Source: Candidatus Woesearchaeota archaeon
Lineage (GTDB): Archaea > Nanobdellota > Nanobdellia > Woesearchaeales > GW2011-AR4
Assembly (NCBI GenBank): GCA_016177615.1
Contig: JACOUX010000057.1
Coordinates: 1,553-65,552, forward strand
Length of the DNA: 64,000 nucleotides
Reading direction: 5' to 3'
The notes under the pieces were generated by a model. It was given only the letters and a program-made list of their open reading frames with translations, did no database searches and had not been told where the DNA came from. The position numbers and the translations under genes are program-made. Below, piece after piece: positions 55,952 to 64,000 of the stretch (within the stretch, counting starts at the first letter, position 1; the number at the start of each line of letters is the position of its first letter).

Positions 55952-56194
55952 TCAAAAAACAGCCAATAAGCCGCCTGAATAAATAAAAAATTTCCACGAC
56001 TTCTTGAATATTGAGTAAGAGACTATCCAGATTGCTATCAGGCCGCCCATAATGGGCAAAAACAAGGAAATAAAGAATTCCATTCCAAGCTCATAATTTA
56101 ACTGATATACGCCAACGAAAAGAACTATCAGGCTCAGTACGGCTAAAATTACTGATTCCATCTTCAGCCATTTAGGCAGTTCTTTCCAATTCAT
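55952..56194 (-). CDS. small membrane protein (3 predicted TM helices)
   Basis: 80-aa hydrophobic ORF. Confidence 0.4.
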   Translation of the reverse strand: MNWKELPKWLKMESVILAVLSLIVLFVGVYQLNYELGMEFFISLFLPIMGGLIAIWIVSYSIFKKSWKFFIYSGGLLAVF

Positions 56195-56264
56195 ATGATT
56201 CCAATTTCATCATAACTATTTAATACTTTCCTTACAGCGACGTTAAAATTGAAAACCCAAACAT

Positions 56265-56272
56265 TTTTATAA
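56265..56272 (+). promoter_or_regulatory. TATA box (TTTTATAA)
   Basis: Centre is 26.5 nt upstream of the ATG at 56295. Confidence 0.5.
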
Positions 56273-56294
56273 GCTTAAATTAGAATTTTTTCTT

Positions 56295-57557
56295 ATGAAA
56301 GCCATTCAAAAAATCTTAAATGAATCTCTTCAGGATATACAGCCGGACAGGAATTACGAGAAGGAAATATTCGAAAAACTAAACCATATTATTAAAAAAA
56401 TCAATCAAAACCAAAAAGGAATAAAGGCAGTCCTTGGCGGCTCAGGAGCAAAAGGCACATGGCTCAAGACTTTTGATGCAGACATTTTTGCGCTTTTTAA
56501 CTACAGCAGATACAAGGACAAAAGCGGCAAAATATCTGATATTCTTGAATCTGTCTTGAAGAAAAAGTTCGGCAAAGTTGCAAGAATCCACGGCTCAAGG
56601 GATTATTTCCAGATAAAAGAAGAAAAGTTCACGTTCGAGATAATACCAATACTTAAAATCAGCAAGGCAGAGCAGGCAAAAAACATAACTGACGTAAGCC
56701 CGTTGCATTCAAAATGGGTCATGAAGCACAAAAAACTTGTCAATGAGATGAAGCTGACAAAGCAGTTCTGCAAGGCAAATAATGTTTATGGGGCAGAGAG
56801 CCATATCAGGGGCTTTTCAGGCTATGTTTGTGAAATATTAACGGCTTATTACGGTTCCTTCCTGAAATTGGTTAAGAACGCATCAAAATGGCAGGACAAG
56901 GTTGTAATAGATGCAGCAAAATATTACAGGGGAAAAGACGTGTTTAAGATAGTCAATATATCAAAATTGCTCTCGCCTTTGATTGTTATAGACCCTGTGC
57001 AGAAGGACAGGAATGCGGCTGCGGCATTAAGCGCTGAAAAGTTCGAGGCATTCAAGAAGGCAGCAAGGGAGTTTTTGAAAATGCCATCAAAGGAATTTTT
57101 TGAAAAAAAAGACTTAAGGGCAGCCTTCCTTGAATTAAGGAGCAATTCATGCAAGCTCATAGAAGTACATGCAGAACCCTTGGAAGGGAAAGCCGATGTG
57201 GTCGGATCTAAATTAATGAAGATTTACGAGTACTTTCTTCAGAAGCTGCAAAATCATGAATTCAAGATGATAAAATCCGGGTGGGAATGGGACAAGAGCA
57301 AGGATGCAGCTTTTTATTTTTTGCTTGTCAAGGAACTTTTGCCTGAAAATATTGAGATAGAGGGCCCGCCTGCTGCAATAAAGCATCATGCCGGGCATTT
57401 CAAAAAAATCCACAAAAATACCTATATTAAGAACAAAAAAATATATGCAGCAGAGAAAAGGAAATATGTCAAGCCTGAAGAGCTTCTGAAAAGCCTAGCT
57501 AATGACGAATTTGTGAAGGAAAGATCAAAATCTATTAAGATTATAAATTTTGCATAA
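56295..57557 (+). CDS. cca: archaeal class-I CCA-adding enzyme (tRNA nucleotidyltransferase)
   Basis: LGGSGAKGTWLKTFDADIF NTase signature and a 420-aa archaeal-type architecture. Neither tRNA gene in the window encodes CCA. Confidence 0.85.
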   Translation: MKAIQKILNESLQDIQPDRNYEKEIFEKLNHIIKKINQNQKGIKAVLGGSGAKGTWLKTFDADIFALFNYSRYKDKSGKISDILESVLKKKFGKVARIHGSRDYFQIKEEKFTFEIIPILKISKAEQAKNITDVSPLHSKWVMKHKKLVNEMKLTKQFCKANNVYGAESHIRGFSGYVCEILTAYYGSFLKLVKNASKWQDKVVIDAAKYYRGKDVFKIVNISKLLSPLIVIDPVQKDRNAAAALSAEKFEAFKKAAREFLKMPSKEFFEKKDLRAAFLELRSNSCKLIEVHAEPLEGKADVVGSKLMKIYEYFLQKLQNHEFKMIKSGWEWDKSKDAAFYFLLVKELLPENIEIEGPPAAIKHHAGHFKKIHKNTYIKNKKIYAAEKRKYVKPEELLKSLANDEFVKERSKSIKIINFA

Positions 57558-57558
57558 A

Positions 57559-58596
57559 ATGCAGGCAGTAATACTGGCAGCTGGAAAATCCACAAGAACA
57601 TACCCATTGACACTCACAAGGCCAAAGCCGCTGCTCAAGATTGCCAACAAGCCGATTCTAGAGCACAATCTTGATAAACTAAACGGGATTGCTGATGAGG
57701 CTGTTCTTGTAGTTGGATATAAAAAAGAGCTTATTATGCAGTATTTTGGATATAAACATAAGAATATCAAATTAAAGTACATTGAGCAAAAACAGCAGCT
57801 AGGCACAGCCCATGCGCTTTCTGTTGCAGAGCCATATATTAAAAACAGGTTCATTTTGATGGCCGGCGATGATATCTATTCAAAAGAGGACATCAAGAGA
57901 TGCATTAAGCATGGATATTCTATACTGGCTGCTAAAGTGAAAAACCCTGGAGATTTTGGAGTCATATTGCAAAAAAGCGGAATCTTAACTGATATTATCG
58001 AGAAGCCAAAAAGATTTGTTTCAAACCTGATAACCACTTCATTCTATGTTTTGGACAAGAAAATTTTTGCATATATTAGGCAGCTGAAGAAATCCGAAAG
58101 AAATGAATTTGAGATGCCGGACGCAATAAGGATGATTTCCAAGAAAAACAACATTCATTGCGTCAATTCAAGCCAGTGGCTACCTGTTGGCTATCCTTGG
58201 GATTTGCTAAAGGCAGACAAGATTTTAAGAAAAGGAAAAAACATTATTGGAAAAGGCTCAAGAGTATATGGGAAAATAATGAATTCCAGCATAGGAAACA
58301 ACTGCGTAATCAAGGGCAATGTCAAAAACTCGATAATTATGGACAATTCAATAATTCAGGAAGGCTCTATTGTAGGGGATTCCATCATTGGAGAGAATGT
58401 TACTTTTAGTGGAAAAATTCATTCCAAGAAAAATACTTTCTCAATAATTAATAATAAAAAGATTAGAATAAGTGTAGCATTTGGCGCTGTAGTATCAGAC
58501 AATGTGAATGCAAAAAAAGTGATAATAAATCCAGGCTGCAAGATTTGGCCGAATAAAATCATATCAAACAGGAATATCAAGGAAGACGTGGTATGA
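57559..58596 (+). CDS. bifunctional-type sugar-1-phosphate nucleotidyltransferase with C-terminal left-handed beta-helix (GlmU-like)
   Basis: MQAVILAAGKSTRTYPLT..KPLL N-terminus and hexapeptide-like repeats (IGNNCVIKGNVKNSIIMDNSIIQEGSIVGDSIIGENV). Confidence 0.8.
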   Translation: MQAVILAAGKSTRTYPLTLTRPKPLLKIANKPILEHNLDKLNGIADEAVLVVGYKKELIMQYFGYKHKNIKLKYIEQKQQLGTAHALSVAEPYIKNRFILMAGDDIYSKEDIKRCIKHGYSILAAKVKNPGDFGVILQKSGILTDIIEKPKRFVSNLITTSFYVLDKKIFAYIRQLKKSERNEFEMPDAIRMISKKNNIHCVNSSQWLPVGYPWDLLKADKILRKGKNIIGKGSRVYGKIMNSSIGNNCVIKGNVKNSIIMDNSIIQEGSIVGDSIIGENVTFSGKIHSKKNTFSIINNKKIRISVAFGAVVSDNVNAKKVIINPGCKIWPNKIISNRNIKEDVV

Positions 58597-59150
58597 TGAA
58601 GAAATTGAATTGCTTGTTAATTTTAGTTGCAGGAATTTTGATTTTTGCATTGGCTGGGATAGACAGTCTAGCGGCATCCATGTTTAAGAATGCCCAAGAC
58701 CCAGCGCTGGATTTCATCCTGAATATAGCGACAAATTTTGCTTTTCTGTTTTTTGTAATGTTCATTATTCCTACCTTAATCCTGTACATGAAGAAAAGCA
58801 AGGCATTTTATCTGCCCTTGGTAGCATTCCTGGCTTCATTTGTTCTTGCCTTCATTATCAAGCTGCTTGTTTTAAGGCAGAGGCCTGTAGGGGATATCAC
58901 ATATCCGCTCATCCACATGATAGATTATTCGTTTCCCAGCATGCATTCCATGGTTGCATTTGCGCTGCTCCCTGTGCTGAACAGGCACATCCCAAAAGCT
59001 TGGCTTTTCTGGACTGGATTTGCTTTCCTCATTGCCTTTACCAGAATTTATTTCAGCTTTCATTTCCTCAGCGATATATTTTTCGGGGCATTGTTCGGCT
59101 ATTTCATAGGAGACCATCTTTTAGAAATGCATGAGAAGGGAAGGCTATGA
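58593..59150 (+). CDS. PAP2-family polyprenyl/dolichyl-diphosphate phosphatase
   Basis: The three PAP2 motifs LRQRP, SFPSMHS and SFHFLSD. ATGA overlap with the upstream gene. Confidence 0.8.
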   Translation: MMKKLNCLLILVAGILIFALAGIDSLAASMFKNAQDPALDFILNIATNFAFLFFVMFIIPTLILYMKKSKAFYLPLVAFLASFVLAFIIKLLVLRQRPVGDITYPLIHMIDYSFPSMHSMVAFALLPVLNRHIPKAWLFWTGFAFLIAFTRIYFSFHFLSDIFFGALFGYFIGDHLLEMHEKGRL

Positions 59151-59737
59151 GACTGAATGATTTTGAGTGGAACAGGCAGCTTTTTCATATTTTTTTGGGA
59201 TTGGCGATAGTTGCTCTGCTAAAATTCGGATTTTTGGACAAGAAACTTATGCTTATTATAATCATTATTGGCTTGGCGCTTTCATTTTTAAACAGAAAAA
59301 TAAAAATCCCCGTCATTCATGAGCTTCTTCAAAAGCTTGAGAGAAAAAAAGAGCTTGGAACTTTTCCTGGCAAGGGCATGATTTTCTATTTCATTGGAGG
59401 CTATCTTTCACTGCTTTTGTTTCCGAAGGAAGTTGCAATGGCTTCAATGATGGTATTGGCCCTCGGAGATTCAGTATCGCATCTATATGGGCTGCATTAC
59501 GGAAAGCTGAAGCATCCATTGTCAAAGACAAAATTCCTTGAGGGAACAATTGCCGGGTTTGCAGCAGGATTTATTGGGGCATTGGTCTTTCTTCCATGGC
59601 ACGAGGCGCTTGTTGCATCACTTGCAGCGATGATTGTTGAGGCAATTGAGATTAAAATAGGAACAGAGCAGGTTGATGATAATTTGATAATACCGGCTGT
59701 GGCTGGGGCTGCTGTGTGGATTGTAAGAATGATTTGA
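59147..59737 (+). CDS. dolichol/polyprenol kinase-like membrane protein
   Basis: GDSVSHLYGLHYGK and DDNLIIP motifs. Paralog of 1128-1736. ATGA overlap with the upstream gene. Confidence 0.6.
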   Translation: MRLNDFEWNRQLFHIFLGLAIVALLKFGFLDKKLMLIIIIIGLALSFLNRKIKIPVIHELLQKLERKKELGTFPGKGMIFYFIGGYLSLLLFPKEVAMASMMVLALGDSVSHLYGLHYGKLKHPLSKTKFLEGTIAGFAAGFIGALVFLPWHEALVASLAAMIVEAIEIKIGTEQVDDNLIIPAVAGAAVWIVRMI

Positions 59738-59762
59738 CGATATGTATTAAATTACGCGTGTT

Positions 59763-60380
59763 TTAAGAACCCAAGATATTTAATATTTGTCTTGGCTTGT
59801 CTGCAATGTAATCAGGTTTTTCTTTTTCCAGCAATCTTTTAGAATTATACCCCCAGGAAACTGCTATTACTTTAATGCCTAGCTTTTTAGCTGCCCTCAC
59901 ATCCCTATCCTCATCCCCGATGTAAATAACATCCTTGTAAGGAAGATTATATTTTTTGCACAACCTCTTTAAAGCTCTATGTTTTCCAAAAATGGAGCTA
60001 TTGGAACTTATGAATTTAAATAATTCCAGTATTCTGTATTTAGCCAAAAAGCGATTTATGGATTCCTCAGAATTTGTTGATGCAATTCCCAATTGATGCT
60101 TTTTTGACAGCTGATGCAGCACTTCCCTCATTCCATCAAATAACGTCACTTTTTTATCAAGCTTTAAAGCAATTGTCCTCTTGAATTCAGCAAGAATCAC
60201 AGGAATTCTCCATAATGGGAATTTTAACTTCAAAAAAAGCGTCTTTAAGCCAAGCTCTCTGGCTTCTTTTGAGCTTATGGCGATAGAATATTTTTTAGCA
60301 TATTTGTTGCCTATCTCCTCCGCTATAAAGAAAGTGTCTGCAATAGTTCCATCAAAGTCAAAAATTATGGTTTTTTTCAT
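59763..60380 (-). CDS. HAD-superfamily phosphatase
   Basis: IIFDFDGTIADT and IGDEDRDVRAA motifs. Confidence 0.75.
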   Translation of the reverse strand: MKKTIIFDFDGTIADTFFIAEEIGNKYAKKYSIAISSKEARELGLKTLFLKLKFPLWRIPVILAEFKRTIALKLDKKVTLFDGMREVLHQLSKKHQLGIASTNSEESINRFLAKYRILELFKFISSNSSIFGKHRALKRLCKKYNLPYKDVIYIGDEDRDVRAAKKLGIKVIAVSWGYNSKRLLEKEKPDYIADKPRQILNILGS

Positions 60381-60513
60381 TTAATCGGCTTGTGACCTAT
60401 GCCATATTTAAGTATTCCTATAGCAGGTGGGATAATCTCCAAAGGTTATGACGCATACTTTTATAAACAAATATCCTTTATCTTTCCGTCTATAAATTTT
60501 TGAACAAACAAAA

Positions 60514-61557
60514 ATGCTAAACGACCAGCTAAAAGAAATTTTCCTCAAAAACAAAGACCCTTTCATAGACATTTTGGGGCAGGAAGCTGCAAAACAGGGG
60601 ATTAAGTCGGCTTTGCTGATGAACAGGCATATCATCATAGTCGGAGCTCCGGGAATCGGAAAGACAACTCTAGCAAAGAATATTGCAAAATTGCTGCCTG
60701 ACATTGATGTGATTTTGGGCTGCTCTTATCATTGCACTCCAAAAGCTCCAATATGCCCTTCATGCAAAGAGAACAGGAATAAAAAATCCATTAAGCTGGA
60801 AGGCATAAAAAGGTTCGTAAGGATACAGGGAAGCCCTGACTTGACTGTTGAAGACTTATTGGGAGACATAGACCCGATAAAAGCGCTTAAGTTCGGGCCA
60901 TTAAGTCTGGAAGCATTTACTCCAGGAAAGATTTTCAAAGCCAACAACGGAATTCTGTTCTTTGATGAATTAAACAGGTGCCCTGAAAAGCTCCAGAATG
61001 CCTTATTGCAGGTGCTTGAGGAGAGAAAGGCTACCATAGGCTCTTATGATGTTGATTTTGACATAAGCTTCATCTTTGTTGCGACAATGAATCCCGAAGA
61101 CACTTCAACAGAAAAATTATCCGATGTTTTGCTGGACAGGTTTGACATAATCTATATGGATTATCCCGAGGATATTGAAACAGAAGAGAAGATTGTGTTG
61201 ATGAAAGGAAAAAAGATTGCAAATGTAAGCGAAGAGCTTTTGACCTTGATGTCATATTTTGTAAGGCTGTTAAGAGAAGATGAAAAGCTTGAAAAAAAGC
61301 CAAGCGTAAGGGCATCTTTAGGGCTTTACGAAAGATCACAATCTAATGCCCTGCTTAAGGGAAGAAAAAATGTTCAGTTTGAAGACATAAAGGAAGTTCT
61401 TGTTTCTGTCTTATCGCACAGGATAAGGCTGAAGCCAAGCGTAAGGTATCTTGAAAGCGTTGAGAACTATATCATTGAAAAATTCCACAAGAACATTGAA
61501 GGCACAAAATGGCAGAATCAGATTGGGCAGGAGCAAGAAAGCGGTGATTTACGGTAG
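60514..61557 (+). CDS. ChlI/BchI-like (MoxR-related) AAA+ ATPase with a Cys4 insert
   Basis: Walker A GAPGIGKTT, Walker B ILFFDELNR, Cys cluster CSYHCTPKAPICPSC, sensor region VATMNPED. Confidence 0.8.
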   Translation: MLNDQLKEIFLKNKDPFIDILGQEAAKQGIKSALLMNRHIIIVGAPGIGKTTLAKNIAKLLPDIDVILGCSYHCTPKAPICPSCKENRNKKSIKLEGIKRFVRIQGSPDLTVEDLLGDIDPIKALKFGPLSLEAFTPGKIFKANNGILFFDELNRCPEKLQNALLQVLEERKATIGSYDVDFDISFIFVATMNPEDTSTEKLSDVLLDRFDIIYMDYPEDIETEEKIVLMKGKKIANVSEELLTLMSYFVRLLREDEKLEKKPSVRASLGLYERSQSNALLKGRKNVQFEDIKEVLVSVLSHRIRLKPSVRYLESVENYIIEKFHKNIEGTKWQNQIGQEQESGDLR

Positions 61558-62734
61558 CGAGCAGGTACAGCTGAAAGAATTCAGCAAATCAGAGGAATTA
61601 ACAGGCAAGCTGTCATTCCAGCAGCTTGAGGACAAGTTCATGCATTCTGTCCTTGAGAATGACCGGAAGGTCATAGATGAAGGCAAGCTGATAAGCGATG
61701 CAATAAGCCAAGGCATTTCTTCTTTTTCCCCTGACATGATGTTTGAGCAGCTTGTAAAGAACTATTCAATAGCGAAGCATATCTATGGTGAATCAATAAT
61801 AAGATTGGTTTCAGGATACGAGCCAGATTACATAAAGAAGAATATAGGAATTCCAGAATTTCAGAAGCATCTAAAGGAGAAGATTCAGCAGAAAATTGAG
61901 GAGTTAAAAGAGGAAGGATTTCTTGATAAAGGCAGCTCGATTTCAGAAAAAGGAGTTGAATTGGCTTCTCTTGTTTTGTATTTTGAGGAATTGGACAGGA
62001 TTGTGCCGAAAGGAATTGTAGGAGAGAAACTAAGCAAGAAAGCATTTATTTATGGCGAAAAGGAAGATTCCAGGATTTTCAAGAAAGGCGACAGGTACCG
62101 GGACATTGCGCTTAAGAAGTCGGTGAAATTGGCCATAAGAAGGGGGCATGATTATTTTGAGGATAAAGATTTGCAGGTTTATGAGAAGCGAAGCAAAGGC
62201 AAGACATACATTGTTTATGCGCTTGATGCATCAGGCTCTATGAAAGGGAGGAAAATAGATGCATGCAAAAAGGCAGGGATTGCCCTTGCCTACAAGGCGA
62301 TAAATGAAAAGGACAAGGTTGGATTGATTGTATTCGGACCTGAAGTCAAGGAAGTCATAGAGCCCACATCCGACTTTACTGCGCTCATAAAGAAAATAAC
62401 AAAGATAAGGGCTTCAAAGGAAACCGATATAGTTTCCACCTTGCACAAGGCTGTTGAGATTTTTCCGTCCGAGAGCATAACAAAGCACCTTATATTGATA
62501 ACTGACGCATTGCCGACAAAAGGGGATGAGCCTGAAAAGTCAACCCTTGAAGAGGTTTCAGTGGCAAGGAGCAAGGGGATAACAATCTCCTTAATTGGAA
62601 TAAATCTTGACGAGAAAGGAAGGAAGCTGGCAGAGCAGATAGTTGAAATAGGGGAGGGGAGGCTTTATGTAATCAGGAATTTGGAGAATGTTGATCAGGT
62701 TGTGCTGGAGGATTATTATAATTTACAGAATTAG
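61544..62734 (+). CDS. von Willebrand factor A (vWA) domain protein, partner of the AAA+ ATPase
   Basis: MIDAS motif YALDASGSM in the C-terminal half. Start uncertain: GTG at 61544 lies behind a GGAG; alternatives are TTG at 61451 or ATG at 61640. Confidence 0.7.
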   Translation: MIYGSEQVQLKEFSKSEELTGKLSFQQLEDKFMHSVLENDRKVIDEGKLISDAISQGISSFSPDMMFEQLVKNYSIAKHIYGESIIRLVSGYEPDYIKKNIGIPEFQKHLKEKIQQKIEELKEEGFLDKGSSISEKGVELASLVLYFEELDRIVPKGIVGEKLSKKAFIYGEKEDSRIFKKGDRYRDIALKKSVKLAIRRGHDYFEDKDLQVYEKRSKGKTYIVYALDASGSMKGRKIDACKKAGIALAYKAINEKDKVGLIVFGPEVKEVIEPTSDFTALIKKITKIRASKETDIVSTLHKAVEIFPSESITKHLILITDALPTKGDEPEKSTLEEVSVARSKGITISLIGINLDEKGRKLAEQIVEIGEGRLYVIRNLENVDQVVLEDYYNLQN

Positions 62735-63195
62735 AACCCTAGTTTAGCAAGTTCTTCAAGGTCGTCAGTTGTAATCCCACTTCCAGCGTTGCGATTATTG
62801 TTATCTTCAGGCCTCCATAACTCAAAACGGCGCAGATTACCGATAATAACTACTGTAAAAGGCTCCTTTATGCCTAAATAAAGAAGGGCATATTCTGGCA
62901 ATATAAATCTAGGATTGCCTCTTCTAGTATGTGCGCGCTCTAAATCATAACTCGAAGCAGCCAAAGTATTTCTACCAGCTTGACTCAAAATATCATATGC
63001 AATATTCCATAAACCTTCTGGGACAAATGACAAATGCTTATATCCATCTGTCTTATCCTCTCTTAATACATAAACACTATCAGGTATATGAAATGTATTT
63101 GGAACAAATAGTGATCTATCCTTATTTATTCTTGCAGAGGTACTTCCCCGAAATATAGGGTAGTTAGTAATCTCACTTATTGATGCTGCTTTCAT
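62731..63195 (-). CDS. mraZ: MraZ-family (tandem SpoVT/AbrB) protein homolog
   Basis: IFRGSTSARINKDRSLFVPNTFH and VVIIGNLRRFELWRPED mirror the two MraZ signature segments (FRG..LD.KGR..vP..fR and vG....fEiW). 154 aa. Confidence 0.55.
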   Translation of the reverse strand: MKAASISEITNYPIFRGSTSARINKDRSLFVPNTFHIPDSVYVLREDKTDGYKHLSFVPEGLWNIAYDILSQAGRNTLAASSYDLERAHTRRGNPRFILPEYALLYLGIKEPFTVVIIGNLRRFELWRPEDNNNRNAGSGITTDDLEELAKLGF

Positions 63196-63267
63196 TTTAT
63201 GTCAACTATATTTTGTATATTTATAAACCTTTCCCTTTTATTTCTCTTATGAGTAGTAACAATTACA

Positions 63268-63275
63268 TTTAAATA
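63268..63275 (+). promoter_or_regulatory. TATA box (TTTAAATA)
   Basis: Centre is about 26 nt upstream of the ATG at 63297. Confidence 0.5.
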
Positions 63276-63296
63276 TATGCGGAATTTCCTCAAAAA

Positions 63297-63902
63297 ATGA
63301 AAATCCTCGCTTTTACAGACACTCATGGCTCCATGATGCTGCTAAAAAAGATAGAGCGGAAAGCAAGATACTACAATGCAGATTTATTAGTGTGCGCAGG
63401 TGATATTTCCATATTTGAAAGAGGGATATTCAGCATATTGAAGAGATTGAACAAAATCGGCAAGAAAATAATAATCGTACATGGCAACCATGAAGATGCG
63501 CACACATTATCTAAATATTCAAAATCATTCAAAAATCTCATATTTATCCATAAAAAACCCTATGCTGAAAATAATCTACTATTTCTCGGCTACGGAGGCG
63601 GGGGGTTTTCAATAAGGGACAGGGAATTCGAGAAAATCATTCAGCAGAGATTCAGTAAAATCATCAATGACAATAAAGATAAAAAAATAATTCTTATAAC
63701 CCACGCCCCACCATATGGCACAAGGCTGGACAGGATTGGAAAGAATTACTGCGGGAACAAGTCAATAAGAAAATTCATCGAAAGAAATAAGGTTGATTTG
63801 CATATATGCGGACATCTGCATGAGAATTTTGGTAAAGAGGATAAAATCGGAAAGACCAAACTAATCAACCCAGGCCCTTTTGGGAAGATGATTTTAATTT
63901 AA
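63297..63902 (+). CDS. calcineurin-like metallophosphoesterase
   Basis: FTDTHG, AGDIS, HGNHED, THAPP and GHLHE motifs. Confidence 0.8.
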   Translation: MKILAFTDTHGSMMLLKKIERKARYYNADLLVCAGDISIFERGIFSILKRLNKIGKKIIIVHGNHEDAHTLSKYSKSFKNLIFIHKKPYAENNLLFLGYGGGGFSIRDREFEKIIQQRFSKIINDNKDKKIILITHAPPYGTRLDRIGKNYCGNKSIRKFIERNKVDLHICGHLHENFGKEDKIGKTKLINPGPFGKMILI

Positions 63903-64000
63903 GATTAATAACATTTTAACCTCATATATTTAAAATTTATAATGATTAATTATTTTGTGTTAAACCCGTTATAACTATAATAACGCCTATCAAGAAAATT

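Overview
Low-GC archaeal chromosome segment; hand counts of sample lines give roughly 30-45% GC. Archaeal markers are PCNA, a class-I CCA-adding enzyme, an RNase J-type beta-CASP nuclease and intron-containing tRNAs. TTTAAATA-type TATA boxes are centred about 26 nt upstream of many start codons, which implies largely leaderless mRNAs. A small-celled, DPANN-like lineage is plausible, but that is inference only. Layout: (i) 0-7 kb is a housekeeping block with two multi-intron tRNA genes. (ii) 7.7-33.2 kb is a surface-glycan and nucleotide-sugar island. It holds ugd and uxs, a frameshifted gmd, aminotransferase, C-methyltransferase, GT2/GT4/GT-C enzymes, a Wzx flippase, and two unusual Pol-beta nucleotidyltransferase-fold genes. 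(iii) scpB, then gyrA carrying a 263-aa intein. (iv) One uninterrupted 17.3-kb ORF (38557-55824, 5,755 aa) encodes a membrane-anchored giant surface protein. It has nine beta-helix modules, a lectin-like domain, 14 FG-GAP repeats, Ig-like modules and a Cys/Gly/Gln-Pro stalk. Its core is clearly GC-richer than the rest of the window. (v) A cca / sugar-nucleotidyltransferase / PAP2 / dolichol-kinase-like operon, a ChlI-like AAA+ plus vWA pair, a MraZ homolog and a phosphoesterase. The giant mosaic adhesin-like gene and its glycosylation neighbourhood are the main candidate for something new. All calls come from reading the sequence and ORF translations; no searches were run.
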